Shown here: positions 47,893 through 58,188 of the stretch, piece by piece
Position numbering within the stretch: the stretch's first letter is position 1
How the letters are laid out: every line of letters begins with the position of its first letter
Origin: Acidimicrobiales bacterium
GTDB lineage: Bacteria; Actinomycetota; Acidimicrobiia; Acidimicrobiales; Aldehydirespiratoraceae
Reading direction: 5' to 3'
NCBI GenBank assembly: GCA_022425325.1
Contig: JAKMFW010000047.1
Span: forward strand, 7,608-71,607
DNA length: 64,000 nt
The notes under the pieces: generated by a model
Seen by the model: only the letters and a program-made list of their open reading frames with translations
Told to the model about the DNA's origin: nothing
Database searches by the model: none
Program-made: the position numbers and the translations under genes

Positions 47893-48807
47893 TCAGGTCT
47901 GCTTGTTGAGAATCGGCGCCAGGTGCTCGAGTTCGGCGTGCCAGTCGTCGGGTTCGCCGAAGGGAAAGCAGACGAATTTGCTGGCGCCGACCTCGACGTA
48001 GGCATCGATCATGTCGTGGAGTGCCTCATGCGATGTTGCGACGACCTCGTCGGGTGCCGCGTCCGGGCGACGCACCGACACCCGCTCGAGTGCTTCCGAC
48101 GGGAAGTCGAGCCCGGGTGGGATGTAGGGGATCAGCACCCCGTAGTGGTCGCGGTCGAACGTGCGGCCTGCCTCGTCGGCGGCCGCTTCGATCGCCGTAA
48201 TACCTTCGGCGACGTGCCTCGGCGTGGTGAAGCTGGCGAGCCAGCCGTCGGCGAGACGGCCGGTGCGGCGAAGCTCGGAAGGTGCCTGCCCGCCGAGCCA
48301 GACCTCGAGCGGTTGCTGGATCGGCTTGGGGAGCACACGAGCGCCGACCACCGAGAAGCGGTCGCCTTCGTGGTCGACGACGTCTTCCTCCCAGAGCCGA
48401 CGCATGAGGGGCAAGGCCTCGTTCAGCCACGGGGCCCGGTCCTTGCGGTCGACCTGGAACGCCTGGTGCTCGGCGGTGTTGGCGATGCCGAGCCCGAACG
48501 CCGGAAGGCAGCGGCCGCCACTGACGACATCGAGGCTTGCCAGCATCTTGGCCATCAGGATCGGGTTGCGGCCCGGTACCACTGAGACGGCAGGGCCGAA
48601 TTTCAGGTGCTCGCTGCGGCCAGCGACGTAGGCCATCGCCACGATCGGATCGAGCTGCATCGAATTGATGCGCTCGGGGAACCACAGGCTGTCGAAGCCG
48701 AGACGGTCGAGGTCGTCGACGACGGGACCGAGTCCGGCGAGTTCTCGCCGAGCCCGTGGGTAGAGACTCGGGACGGCTCCGAGGGCGTAACCGATGCGCA
48801 CCTTCAT
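47893..48807 (-). CDS. LLM class flavin/F420-dependent oxidoreductase
   Basis: MKVRIG, GFDSLWFPE, LASLDVVSGGR, PKPIQQPLEVWLGG, LADGW. Confidence 0.9.
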   Translation of the reverse strand: MKVRIGYALGAVPSLYPRARRELAGLGPVVDDLDRLGFDSLWFPERINSMQLDPIVAMAYVAGRSEHLKFGPAVSVVPGRNPILMAKMLASLDVVSGGRCLPAFGLGIANTAEHQAFQVDRKDRAPWLNEALPLMRRLWEEDVVDHEGDRFSVVGARVLPKPIQQPLEVWLGGQAPSELRRTGRLADGWLASFTTPRHVAEGITAIEAAADEAGRTFDRDHYGVLIPYIPPGLDFPSEALERVSVRRPDAAPDEVVATSHEALHDMIDAYVEVGASKFVCFPFGEPDDWHAELEHLAPILNKQT

Positions 48808-48880
48808 GCGCAGACGATGGCACACCTCGCTGGAGCTGACCGCATCTCTCTGTGTCCACGCTACCGATAGCCTCCGGCGG

Positions 48881-49654
48881 GTGAGTGACGCTGTCTTCGT
48901 CCCGCAGGGCGATCTCCTCATCCCGCAGTCGTCTGCGATCGGCCCGTGGTTCCCGGGAGTGCAGCACGGTGGCGCGATCGCCGGTGTCTTCGCCCGAGCA
49001 ATTGAGCGGGTCCCATCCGCTGTCCCGATGACCACCACCCGTTTGTCGATCGATATGAGTCGACGGGTGCCGATGGGTGCGACTCGGGTCGACACCGAGG
49101 TCGTGCGCGACGGAAAGCGCATCCAGGCGATCGAGGCTCGCTATGTGGTCGACGACGAGATCGTCGGCCGAGCCACAGCGATGCGGGTTCGCATCGCCGA
49201 GGATCTGTCAGTGCCCAACCCGGTGCTTCCCGAAGACCAGATCCCAAGCGACCCGGACACCCATCCGGCGATCACGTGGACCTTCGCCGGGCCGCTCGAT
49301 TTCGCCGCCAGTTTTGACTTTCGCCGAAGCGAGGACGACGACGGTCGGGTGGCCGGCTGGATGAAGATGGAGAAGCCGTTCGTCGAGGGAGAGTCGAACG
49401 ATCCACGGGTGCTCATCGCTGCCGTCGCCGACATGATCCCGAGCGGTGGCAGCGTGCTCGATTACGAGCGGATGATCTCGATCAATGCCGACCTGGTCAT
49501 CTCGTTGCATCGGCCACCGGAAGGGGAGTGGCTCGGCTTCACGGCGGCTGTGCGCGGTGAAGGCAACGGCTATGGGCAGGCCGACGCCACCTTGTTCGAC
49601 CATCGGGGCCGGATCGGGCGGGCGCTCAAGAGCCTGCTGATCGACACCCGCTGA
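48881..49654 (+). CDS. Acyl-CoA thioesterase-like double hotdog protein
   Basis: GPWFPGVQHGGA, VRDGKRIQ, SINADL..LHRPPEGEW. Confidence 0.85.
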   Translation: MSDAVFVPQGDLLIPQSSAIGPWFPGVQHGGAIAGVFARAIERVPSAVPMTTTRLSIDMSRRVPMGATRVDTEVVRDGKRIQAIEARYVVDDEIVGRATAMRVRIAEDLSVPNPVLPEDQIPSDPDTHPAITWTFAGPLDFAASFDFRRSEDDDGRVAGWMKMEKPFVEGESNDPRVLIAAVADMIPSGGSVLDYERMISINADLVISLHRPPEGEWLGFTAAVRGEGNGYGQADATLFDHRGRIGRALKSLLIDTR

Positions 49655-49676
49655 TGCGCCGCGTCGACTCGATTCA

Positions 49677-49714
49677 CCGGCGCACGCGACGCCTTTTGGT
49701 GTCGCGTGCGCCGG
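49677..49714. terminator. Bidirectional hairpin terminator between convergent genes
   Basis: CCGGCGCACGCGACGCC-TTTT-GGTGTCGCGTGCGCCGG, 17-bp stem. Confidence 0.85.
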
Positions 49715-49724
49715 AGTATCGGTG

Positions 49725-50357
49725 TCAGTTCAGACGCTGCGCAAGGGTGCGTTGACCGTCGGGCAGGAAGAGTTCAGCGGTCCTGCCCATGGCTTCCATG
49801 TAGGTCGAGTCGCTCATCAACGTCTCCTGGGTGGCGTCGACGCCCTCGGCACTGTCGAAGCCCATGAAGAAGATCATGCTGCCGGTCGCGGTGCCGTAAT
49901 TCGAGGTGCACAGGATGACCTGGTTGCCCGTGGCGCTGGCGACATGGTCGGCCATCTGGGTTCCCCACTCGAGGGCTTGCATGGCCATCCCCGGGGCGGG
50001 CGTACCCATCGTGGTGCTTGCGAACATCATCGGGCCTGCATCGCCGGCGGCGTGGACGATGCGAGCGAGGCCGTCTTCCCACGAACCGGGGATGAACAAC
50101 CCCTGTTCGCCCGCCTTCGAGACCCGAGTCAACCACTCGGGGTTCTCCGCCAGCTTCTGGCTTTGCGCGGCGGCATCGGCGAAGCCGGTGACCTGTGTCG
50201 TCCATGAGACTGTGCCCAACGGCATGCCGTAGACGCTGCCCCAGACACTGACCGCGTGACCGGTGGTCTGCTCGACGAGTTCCGCCATCTCGACCGCGAA
50301 GGTCGTAGCGCCGACTTGATCGCTGGCGATCAGGCTGCGGCGAAGTTGGATATACAC
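49725..50357 (-). CDS. Hypothetical protein, two tandem repeats (dimeric alpha+beta barrel/NIPSNAP-like)
   Basis: GGAG RBS before GTG 50357; internal repeat EMAELVEQTTGH..SVYG / QMADHVASATGN..SNYG. Confidence 0.75.
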   Translation of the reverse strand: MYIQLRRSLIASDQVGATTFAVEMAELVEQTTGHAVSVWGSVYGMPLGTVSWTTQVTGFADAAAQSQKLAENPEWLTRVSKAGEQGLFIPGSWEDGLARIVHAAGDAGPMMFASTTMGTPAPGMAMQALEWGTQMADHVASATGNQVILCTSNYGTATGSMIFFMGFDSAEGVDATQETLMSDSTYMEAMGRTAELFLPDGQRTLAQRLN

Positions 50358-50497
50358 GGCTTTTCTCCAATCAGGGACGCCCCCGTACTGGTCGCCCCAG
50401 CCGAGGGTCTCATTTCGGTCATCAGCTGTCACGAGAACCGAAAAAAAGCCGTCAGGAAAATCACGAAAGCAGAGCGTGACGACCCGCCCCGGTGGGA

Positions 50498-52132
50498 CTA
50501 CCGGAGCTTCACCGGTGTGGTGACTTCGGCGTAGAAGTCGTTGCCCTTGTCGTCCACCACGATGAACGCCGGGAAATCCTCGACCTCGATCTTCCAGACC
50601 GCCTCCATGCCGAGTTCGGGGAACTCGAGCACCTCCACGCTGCGGATGGAGTCCTTCGCGAGACGTGCGGCCGGGCCACCGATCGAACCGAGGTAGAAGC
50701 CACCATGGGTCGCGCAGGCGTCGGTGACCTGCGACGACCGATTGCCTTTGGCGAGCATCACGAACGACCCTCCAGCGGCCTGGAATTGCTCGACATAGGA
50801 GTCCATGCGGCCGGCGGTGGTGGGCCCGAACGAACCAGAGGCGTACCCCTCCGGCGTCTTCGCCGGCCCGGCGTAGTAGATCGCGTGGTCTCGCAGGTAC
50901 TGCGGCATCGGCTCGCCGGCATCGAGCATGTCCTTGATGCGGGCGTGGGCGATATCGCGCCCGACCACGAGCGTGCCGGTGAGCGAGAGGCGGGTTTTGA
51001 CCGGGTACTGGCTCAGCTGGTTGCGAATGGCATCCATCGGCTGGTTGAGATCGACGTGGATGACCTCGTCGCTGAGCTGATCCTCGGCTTCGTCGGGCAG
51101 GAACCGGGCCGGGTCGGTCTCGAGTTGCTCGAGGAACACACCTTCGGCGGTGATCTTGGCCCTCGCCTGCCGGTCGGCCGAACAGCTCACGGCAAGTGCC
51201 ACCGGGTTGGAAGCACCGTGGCGAGGGAGCCGGATCACCCGGATGTCGTGGCAGAAGTACTTGCCGCCGAACTGGGCGCCGATACCGAACTCACGGGTCT
51301 GCTCGAGGATCTTCTGCTCCCATTCGAGGTCGCGGTAGCCGTGACCGGTCGCTGCGTCACCCGAGGTCGGCAGGTTGTCGAGGTAGTGCGCCGAGGCGTA
51401 TTTGGCGGTCTTCAGGGCGTACTCCGCCGACGTGCCGCCGACGACGAGGGCGAGATGGTACGGCGGGCAGGCCGAGGTACCGATCGCTCGCAGCGACTCG
51501 TCGAGGAAGTCGACCATCGAGCGCTCGTTGAGCAACGCCTTGGTCTTCTGGAAGAGGAACGACTTGTTGGCTGATCCGCCACCCTTGGCCATGAACAGGA
51601 ACTCGTAGCTGTCACCCGGCTTTGTGTAGAGCTCGATCTGGGCCGGCAGGTTGTTGCCGGTGTTCTTCTCCTCGAACATCGACAGTGGGGCGAGTTGCGA
51701 GTAGCGCAGGTTCGTCTCGGTGTAGGTGTCGAACACGCCCTGGCTGATCGCCTCGGCATCGTCGGCGAAGGTCACCACCCGATCGCCCTTCTTGCCCATC
51801 ACGATCGCCGTGCCGGTGTCCTGACACATCGGGAGCACACCGGCGGCGGCAATGCTCGCGTTTCGGAGAAGCTCCGTGGCCACGAACGTGTCGTTCGGCG
51901 AGGCTTCCGGATCGTCGAGGATCGATGCCAGCTGCTCAAGGTGCTCGGTGCGCAGGTAGTGGGCGATGTCGTACATCGCGGCTCGAGTGAGTTCCTGAAT
52001 CGCGGACGGCTCGACCTTCACGAACGTCTGGCCCTCGGCCTCGAAGGTCGACACCCCTTCGGTGGTGATCAGGCGGTACTCGGTGGTGTCGGGGCCGGTG
52101 GGCAACAGGTCGGAGTAGGCGAACTCGCTCAT
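50498..52132 (-). CDS. fumA: Class I (Fe-S) fumarate hydratase
   Basis: [50 protein letters not shown]. Confidence 0.95.
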   Translation of the reverse strand: MSEFAYSDLLPTGPDTTEYRLITTEGVSTFEAEGQTFVKVEPSAIQELTRAAMYDIAHYLRTEHLEQLASILDDPEASPNDTFVATELLRNASIAAAGVLPMCQDTGTAIVMGKKGDRVVTFADDAEAISQGVFDTYTETNLRYSQLAPLSMFEEKNTGNNLPAQIELYTKPGDSYEFLFMAKGGGSANKSFLFQKTKALLNERSMVDFLDESLRAIGTSACPPYHLALVVGGTSAEYALKTAKYASAHYLDNLPTSGDAATGHGYRDLEWEQKILEQTREFGIGAQFGGKYFCHDIRVIRLPRHGASNPVALAVSCSADRQARAKITAEGVFLEQLETDPARFLPDEAEDQLSDEVIHVDLNQPMDAIRNQLSQYPVKTRLSLTGTLVVGRDIAHARIKDMLDAGEPMPQYLRDHAIYYAGPAKTPEGYASGSFGPTTAGRMDSYVEQFQAAGGSFVMLAKGNRSSQVTDACATHGGFYLGSIGGPAARLAKDSIRSVEVLEFPELGMEAVWKIEVEDFPAFIVVDDKGNDFYAEVTTPVKLR

Positions 52133-52258
52133 AGGGCCACGGTATCGGCCGGTGCGATCCACCACGTGAGTCGGGACTCCCTGCTTCGAGGGCGCGGCGG
52201 GCGCGGTCTGACTCGACACCACCCTCGACCTCTCGGGTTCGCAGTAGCGTCCGTGCCC

Positions 52259-52522
52259 ATGAGTCGTGACCCGGCGCAGACCTTCGATCGTCTCGCCCAT
52301 GCGTTCGACCCGAGTGGATGGAAGAAGCGCAATCTCATGCTTGCGTCGGTGGCGTTTCCGAGTGTGCTCGCCGTGACCGTGCTGCAGCGGGCGCTCGTGG
52401 CGGACAGCACCGCGGCGTGGGCGATCACGGCCATCCACGGCCTGATCTGTGTCGTCCTGGTGCCCCTGCTGCTTCGCTCGACGTGGCGAAGCTGGCGAGC
52501 ATCAAACCCTCAACAGTCGTGA
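52259..52522 (+). CDS. Small membrane protein (2 TM)
   Basis: 87 aa, two hydrophobic segments; TAGCGT box 8 nt before ATG. Confidence 0.6.
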   Translation: MSRDPAQTFDRLAHAFDPSGWKKRNLMLASVAFPSVLAVTVLQRALVADSTAAWAITAIHGLICVVLVPLLLRSTWRSWRASNPQQS

Positions 52523-52549
52523 CGCTGTCCGGGCAGTGCAGCCGGTGAG

Positions 52550-53032
52550 TCAGGCGGAGATCGGGGTCCCGGAGTAGGTGCCCGGATCGCCGTCGGCCGG
52601 CATCGGCGGACGGCTCCAGTGGGTGAACTCGGCGATCGATTCGGTGACCGCCCGCCATTCGTCGGCGTTCCAGCCCTCGGCCTTGGCGATCACTTCACCG
52701 TCCTGACGGACAAGGAGGAGTGCGGGGGCCTCGACGACACCGAGGTTCTTTGCCGTGGCGCGATCGGGGTCGGCGAAGGTGAGGAACTCGTCGGCGTAGG
52801 GGCCGAGGTAGGTCTTCGCATCGTCGGCGGGGCAGGTGATGATCCAGCACGGGCGGCAGCCGGCGCCCTTGAAGTGCGTCAGCACGCGATGGGCCGTGTC
52901 GAGAATCCACGAGCTCTCGTTGGTGTAGGGATCGAGCACGACGGGGACCAGCGGGAAGGTCGTCATGAAGCTGCTGAGCGTGCGTGCTTCGCCTTCGACC
53001 GGGGTCAATTCGAGGTCCAGATCTGCTGCCAC
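52550..53032 (-). CDS. Hypothetical redoxin/thioredoxin-fold protein lacking CxxC
   Basis: FADPDRATAKNLGVVEAPALLLVRQDGEV resembles the redoxin C-terminal half; DPYTNES at the CxxC position. Confidence 0.65.
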   Translation of the reverse strand: MAADLDLELTPVEGEARTLSSFMTTFPLVPVVLDPYTNESSWILDTAHRVLTHFKGAGCRPCWIITCPADDAKTYLGPYADEFLTFADPDRATAKNLGVVEAPALLLVRQDGEVIAKAEGWNADEWRAVTESIAEFTHWSRPPMPADGDPGTYSGTPISA

Positions 53033-53102
53033 GAGCGGCAACGCTAGCGCGCCCGATCCCTGGTCACTCGCATCGGGTCGACCGTGACTACGATCCGAAG
53101 CG

Positions 53103-53891
53103 GTGCATCCGATCGAGCGTTTGCGGTACATGGCGAGGACCGGCGACGTCGGTACGAGTTCGCTCGTCCACGAGGCGGCGATGGCGCTCGGAGCAGTCAG
53201 TCACGACCCCGCCGAGTTGGTGCTCGCATGCCGCCAATTGATCGAACATCGCCCCTCGTCGGGTCCGCTCGTGTGGCTCGCCGCCCGGATGCTCACCGGC
53301 GCTGATCCAGGGAACGAGGCGTGGGATGCATCCGAGATGATCCAACGCGACAAGACCGTTCGGGAGCTCGAACACGCTCTGCCCGGCGACACCGGCATCG
53401 TCGTCATCGGTTCGCCGGAGTTGGCGAGTCAGGCGCTCAGCGCTCGAGGTGATGTCGAGGTTTTCGTCGCCGACACCACCGGCGATGGCTACGGGCTCGT
53501 GCATCGACTCGACCTCAACGATCGGCTTGCGGTCGACGTGCCGCTCGCCGGGCTCGGCTCCGCCGTCAGCGAGGCCGATCTCGTGCTGCTCGAAACCGAC
53601 GCCCTCGGCCCCAACTCAGCGATCTGTTCGATCGGTTCACTTACCGCCGCTGCGGTGGCGGCACAGCTCGGCACCGAGGTCTGGCTGGTTGCCGGGGTGG
53701 GTCGTTGCCTGCCGGCGGCAATGTGGGAACCTCTGCGCGCGATGGCCGTCTCCGATGAGCCCTGGGAGGACCCTCACGAGGTCGTGTCGCTCGATCTTGT
53801 CGATCGGGTCGTCGGACCGGGCGGACCCGTGCCGGCTGCCGAGGCGAGGTTCCGTATCGACTGTCCCGTCGCCCCGGAGCTGTTCCGATGA
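53103..53891 (+). CDS. Hypothetical protein, possible eIF2B/MtnA-like fold
   Basis: EADLVLLETDALGP...GSLTAAAVAAQLGTEVWLVA...VSLDLVDRVV resembles the eIF2B C-terminal domain. Confidence 0.6.
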   Translation: MHPIERLRYMARTGDVGTSSLVHEAAMALGAVSHDPAELVLACRQLIEHRPSSGPLVWLAARMLTGADPGNEAWDASEMIQRDKTVRELEHALPGDTGIVVIGSPELASQALSARGDVEVFVADTTGDGYGLVHRLDLNDRLAVDVPLAGLGSAVSEADLVLLETDALGPNSAICSIGSLTAAAVAAQLGTEVWLVAGVGRCLPAAMWEPLRAMAVSDEPWEDPHEVVSLDLVDRVVGPGGPVPAAEARFRIDCPVAPELFR

Positions 53892-55159
53892 TGCAGCGAA
53901 TCGCCGGCGTGCTCAGTGCCGCCCTGCTCTTCGTCGCAGGCGTGGCGATCTTCAACGCCACCCGGTCCGATCCTGAGCCTGCCACCGATGTCGAGGCCAC
54001 CGCCGAGATCACGCCTGCGACGACGTCGACCACCACGACGAGCACCACCACAACCACCACGACGACCACGACCCTGCCTCCTCCTCGAAGCGCCCGCCTC
54101 GCCTTCACGGGCGACCTCTTGCCGCACGGCTCGGTCCAACGGGCCGGTACTGCGTTCGTCGCCGAGGGGTGGGATTTCGCGCCGCTCTACGAAGAGGTCC
54201 GGCCGATCATCGAGGGCGCCGACCTCGCGATCTGTCATCTCGAGACCCCCATATCCATCGATGACACCAACCTGAGCGGGTACCCGCTGTTCAGCGCCCC
54301 GAGGGCATTCGCCCAGGCGGCACTCGACGTCGGATATGACGGTTGCTCCCTCGCCTCCAACCACAGTTACGACCGTGGCGCGCAGGGTGCGCTCGACACG
54401 ATCACCGTGCTGCAGGAGATCGGCCTGCCCTACGCCGGTCAGGCGGCCAGCGTCGAGGAGGATCTTGCGCCGGTGCTCTACGACGCGAACGGCATCACGA
54501 TCGCCCACATCTCGGCCACCTATTCGCTCAACGGCTTCGTGATGCCGTCGGACCGGCAGTACCTGGTCGACCTGATCGAGCCGGAGGCGATCCTGCAAGA
54601 GGCCCGGATCGCGAAGGACTCGGGCGCCGAGTTCGTGATCGTGTCGATGCACTGGGGTGCGGAATATCGCCACGAGCCGATCTCCTCGCAGAACGAATGG
54701 CTCGAAGCGACGCTGCCCAGCGAGTACGTCAATCTGATCATCGGCCATCACGCCCACGTCGTGCAGCCCGTCGACAAGGTCGGCGATGAATGGGTGGTGT
54801 TCGGGCTCGGGAACTTCCTGTCGAACCAGTCGGCGAACTGCTGCGTTGCCGCCAGCCAGGACGGCATGATCGCCACCGTCGAACTCTTGGAGAACGACGC
54901 CGGCGAGATCGAGGCCGTCGGCGTGCACTACATCCCGACCTGGGTCGACCGAGGCGACGGCTACATCATCCGGGTGGCCGACCCTGCCCGCGCCGACCTC
55001 CCGACGTCGACCATCGATCAGATGGGGATCACGTTCGATCGAACGTTCGACGTCGTCAGCAGCCGCCTCAGCGAGGCTGATGGACTCACGATCGGTCTGG
55101 GGCTCGCCCCAGGCGAGCCGTCGGTCATTGCGTCCGTTGTGCCAGCAGGCGACGGATGA
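53888..55159 (+). CDS. CapA family (PGA_cap) metallophosphoesterase, membrane-anchored, Thr-rich linker
   Basis: FTGDLLPH, CHLETP, SLASNHSYD, SMHWGAEY, IIGHHAHVVQP, FGLGNF. Confidence 0.92.
   Translation: MMQRIAGVLSAALLFVAGVAIFNATRSDPEPATDVEATAEITPATTSTTTTSTTTTTTTTTTLPPPRSARLAFTGDLLPHGSVQRAGTAFVAEGWDFAPLYEEVRPIIEGADLAICHLETPISIDDTNLSGYPLFSAPRAFAQAALDVGYDGCSLASNHSYDRGAQGALDTITVLQEIGLPYAGQAASVEEDLAPVLYDANGITIAHISATYSLNGFVMPSDRQYLVDLIEPEAILQEARIAKDSGAEFVIVSMHWGAEYRHEPISSQNEWLEATLPSEYVNLIIGHHAHVVQPVDKVGDEWVVFGLGNFLSNQSANCCVAASQDGMIATVELLENDAGEIEAVGVHYIPTWVDRGDGYIIRVADPARADLPTSTIDQMGITFDRTFDVVSSRLSEADGLTIGLGLAPGEPSVIASVVPAGDG
54016..54073 (+). repeat. Low-complexity ACC/ACG run encoding a poly-Thr linker
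   Basis: ATTSTTTTSTTTTTTTTTT within the CapA gene. Confidence 0.8.
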
Positions 55160-56699
55160 TCACCTTGAGGGCCAGCGTCTCGTCGGCGCCCTCGAAGATC
55201 GAGAGCACCCGGGCGTCGACGAAGTAGCGGCTCACGGGGTACTCCTCGGCGTAGCCCATCCCGCCGTGGATCTGCATCGCCTCGCGTGTGACCCACTCAG
55301 CGGCCCGGCAGACGTAGGCCTTGGTCATCGAGGCCTCGAGCATGCCGTCGCCCTTCGCCATGAGTTCCGCGACATGAAGGCTGAGTTGCCGGGCGCCCTG
55401 GATGATCACGGCCATCCGCCCCAGCTTCGCCTGGGTGAGCTGATACTCCGAGATGGGCTGATCGAAAACCACCCGCGACTCGGCGTAGGCCCTGGCCTCC
55501 TCGTAGGCAGCCTGCATGACCCCCACGGCGCGGGCAGCGGTCTGGAGTCGGCCGTTCTCGAACCCCTGCATCTGGTAGTAGAAGCCCCGGCCCCGACCGG
55601 CCTCCTCGCCGATGAGGTTCTCCGCGGGAACGAACCAGTCTTCGAGGGCGACCTCGTAGCTGTGCATGCCGCGGTAGCCGAGCGTGTCGATCGCTCGCCC
55701 GGTCATCTTGCCGCCGCCATCCTGGACGTGCTCGAAGCCGTGGCCATCGCCCCTCGGCTTCTCGACGATGAAGACCGACAGACCCTTGTGGTCGGTGGTG
55801 CCCGGCTCGGTGCGGGCGAGCACCATCAACACGTCGGCCCGGCCGGCGAAGGTGCACCATGTCTTTACGCCGTTGATGACCCAACCGCCATCGGTCGGGG
55901 TGGCGCCCACCCGAATGCCGGCGACGTCGGATCCGTAGTCCGGCTCGGTGACCGCAACGGCGGCCATGACCTCGCCCGAGGCAAGCCGAGGCAGCCAGTA
56001 CTGCTTTTGGTCCTCGGTGCCGCCTGCGATCAGGGCCCGAGTGAGGATCTCGGGCCGTGTGATCAGCGAACCGCCGATGCCGAGCGAGCCGCGGGAGAGT
56101 TCCTCGGTGGCAACGACCATGCCGAGGTAGTCGTTGATGCCACCCTCGGCGAAGCCGCCGTACTCGACCGGCGCGGAGAGACCGAAGATCCCGAGCTCCG
56201 CGAGTCCCTCGATGAGCTCCTCGGGCACGTCGGCGTTGGTGCGGTGCACGTGCTCGGCCCGCGGGGTGATCTGCTCGTCGGCGAACCGACGGAAGGTGTC
56301 GGAGGCGAGCTGCATGTCCTCGTCGAGGTGCGATGGCGCCCCGCCGATAAGGGAGGCGAGCAACTCCGGCGCTCGGCCGGCCGCCATGAAATCGTGGATG
56401 CCGTCGAGCGCGCCTCGCTCGACACCCCAGTCGGCTTCCCTGCCGAGGAGGCGGGTGGCCAGATCGTGGGCGACGTCGGCGACGAAGGCGACCGTGAGAC
56501 GCTCCTCGGCCTCGCCGTGAGCGCCGTACCCCAGCAGGTTGCGAGCCGAGGCCACGGCCGCTGCGCCGTGCGCGATGTCGTAGGCGACGACCTGATGCTC
56601 GTCGATGTCGACCATTGCGAGCTGGCCGAGAGCGGCGTCGACAACGGCTTCCATGGTGGAGACGGCGGCGGTGGCGGCGGAAAGCGTCGGCGCGTTCAT
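55125..56699 (-). CDS. Acyl-CoA dehydrogenase with N-terminal extension, (2S)-methylsuccinyl-CoA dehydrogenase-like
   Basis: SLITRPEI, TEPDYGSD, LGYRGMHSYE, GRLQTAARAVG, DARVLSIFEGA; about 524 aa. Confidence 0.8.
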   Translation of the reverse strand: MNAPTLSAATAAVSTMEAVVDAALGQLAMVDIDEHQVVAYDIAHGAAAVASARNLLGYGAHGEAEERLTVAFVADVAHDLATRLLGREADWGVERGALDGIHDFMAAGRAPELLASLIGGAPSHLDEDMQLASDTFRRFADEQITPRAEHVHRTNADVPEELIEGLAELGIFGLSAPVEYGGFAEGGINDYLGMVVATEELSRGSLGIGGSLITRPEILTRALIAGGTEDQKQYWLPRLASGEVMAAVAVTEPDYGSDVAGIRVGATPTDGGWVINGVKTWCTFAGRADVLMVLARTEPGTTDHKGLSVFIVEKPRGDGHGFEHVQDGGGKMTGRAIDTLGYRGMHSYEVALEDWFVPAENLIGEEAGRGRGFYYQMQGFENGRLQTAARAVGVMQAAYEEARAYAESRVVFDQPISEYQLTQAKLGRMAVIIQGARQLSLHVAELMAKGDGMLEASMTKAYVCRAAEWVTREAMQIHGGMGYAEEYPVSRYFVDARVLSIFEGADETLALKVIIRRLLAQRTQ

Positions 56700-56796
56700 G
56701 GCTGCCGACGTTAGGGCCTGTCGATGGGTGGCGTCGTGTTGAGTAATGGCGCTGTCGTTGGTGTCGGCTGGTGCAGCCCGCCTACCGTCGGCGGCG

Positions 56797-57663
56797 ATGT
56801 CGATCGAACCGAACGACGAGGCTCGACGCGAGGCAGTGCTCGCCTGGGGTGCTGTGTCGCTTCGGGACCTGCCGTGGCGTCGCACGAGAGATCCGTGGTC
56901 GGTCCTGGTGTCGGAGACGATGCTCCAGCAGACACAGGTCGCCCGGGTGATCGATCGGTTGCCGCGGTTCCTCGAACGCTTTCCGTCCCCGGAGGCGTGC
57001 GCCGCCGCACCGGCCGGCGATGTCGTCGATGAGTGGGCTGGCCTCGGCTACAACCGGCGTCCGCTCAACCTTCATCGCGCCGCAACCGCAATGGTCGAGT
57101 CACACGGTGGCCGGGTGCCGGAACGTCTCGAAGATCTCCTCGCCCTACCCGGTGTGGGTCCCTACACCGCCAGAGCGGTGCGGGCCTTCGCCCACGAGGT
57201 TCCGGCGGCGGTCGTCGACACCAACATCGGCCGGGTCCTGGCTCGCTGGGACGGCATCCGGCTCACCCCGAGCCGGGTTCAACAACGCGCTGATTCGCTC
57301 GCACCGGACGATCAACCGTGGCAGTGGAACCAGTCGCTCATGGAGTTGGGCGCTCTGGTGTGCACGAAGCGTTCGCCGTCGTGTGGCGCGTGTCCCGTGC
57401 ACGCCTGGTGCAGGTGGCGGGGCGAGGGCGACGATCCGGCTGTGGGTTCCGCTGCGGTGTCGACACCGCAAGCCCGGTTCGAGGGGAGTGATCGTCAACT
57501 CCGGGGCCGGCTCGTCGATGCGCTGCGAGCTGGTCCTGTGGTGCGATCCGCCGTCGCCGAGCACATTGCAGAGACTGACCAGGACCGCGTGGACCGGATT
57601 GTCGCAGGACTCGTGCGCGACGGGCTGGCCGTCGAGGAGGACGAGACGCTCCGGTTGCCGTGA
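56797..57663 (+). CDS. mutY: A/G-specific adenine glycosylase (short actinobacterial MutY)
   Basis: RDLPWR, VSETMLQQTQV, GLGYNRR, LPGVGPYTA, VDTN, CTKRSPSCGACPVHAWC. Confidence 0.92.
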   Translation: MSIEPNDEARREAVLAWGAVSLRDLPWRRTRDPWSVLVSETMLQQTQVARVIDRLPRFLERFPSPEACAAAPAGDVVDEWAGLGYNRRPLNLHRAATAMVESHGGRVPERLEDLLALPGVGPYTARAVRAFAHEVPAAVVDTNIGRVLARWDGIRLTPSRVQQRADSLAPDDQPWQWNQSLMELGALVCTKRSPSCGACPVHAWCRWRGEGDDPAVGSAAVSTPQARFEGSDRQLRGRLVDALRAGPVVRSAVAEHIAETDQDRVDRIVAGLVRDGLAVEEDETLRLP

Positions 57664-57666
57664 GTG

Positions 57667-58188
57667 TCAGTCCTGCGGGCCCGTGAGCTTCGCGATGAGC
57701 GCCTCGACCGTGTCGTCTGCGATCTCGCGCATCTCGTCGTCGGTGCGGTCCTGGATCGGGTGTGGCGTGAAGACTCGGGCGGTGGGGTGCCCGAGCGCCG
57801 TGGCCTGGGTTTCGGCGGCGTCGATGAAACCCTCGGAGGCCACGAAGACTCCCGGGATACCGCGTCGTTCAAGGTCGCTGATGTCGTGCACACTGCACGT
57901 CGTGCAGCTGCCTCAATCGGCGAGCGCCTCGATCACCGCATCGCACGATGTGGCGATCTCGTGGCGAAGATCGACCGGTGCGGGCTTGGCGAAGGTCGGC
58001 TTCATGAAGCGCGTGACCGACGCACCGAGCCCGGTGAGCTTCTCCTCAACTCGGTCGAGGAAGACGTCACCGCGCGGTTTGGAGATGTCGAGGAGTCCGA
58101 TGGTGAGACCGTCGAGCGATTCGGGCCGCGGCACGAGTTCGCGCTGCTCCGGGCGGGACTCGCTGGTCGGGTCGAGGACGGTGGTCAT
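57667..58188 (-). CDS. UGSC family selenoprotein, copy 2 (UGA at 57913-57915)
   Basis: ORFs 57913..58188 and 57667..57891 are in frame; junction ALAD-U-GSCTTCSVHDISDLERRGIPGV...PHPIQD; 173 aa. Confidence 0.9.

Noticed and set aside
54016-54073. ACC/ACG repeat as a phase-variable tract or array
   Set aside because: It is an in-frame, mixed-codon poly-Thr linker, common in secreted actinobacterial proteins.
8166-58188. Reading the four TGA-interrupted genes as pseudogenes or as an alternative genetic code
   Set aside because: Each TGA falls exactly on a redox-motif Cys position with intact frames on both sides, and most other genes end normally at TGA, so global UGA reassignment is excluded.
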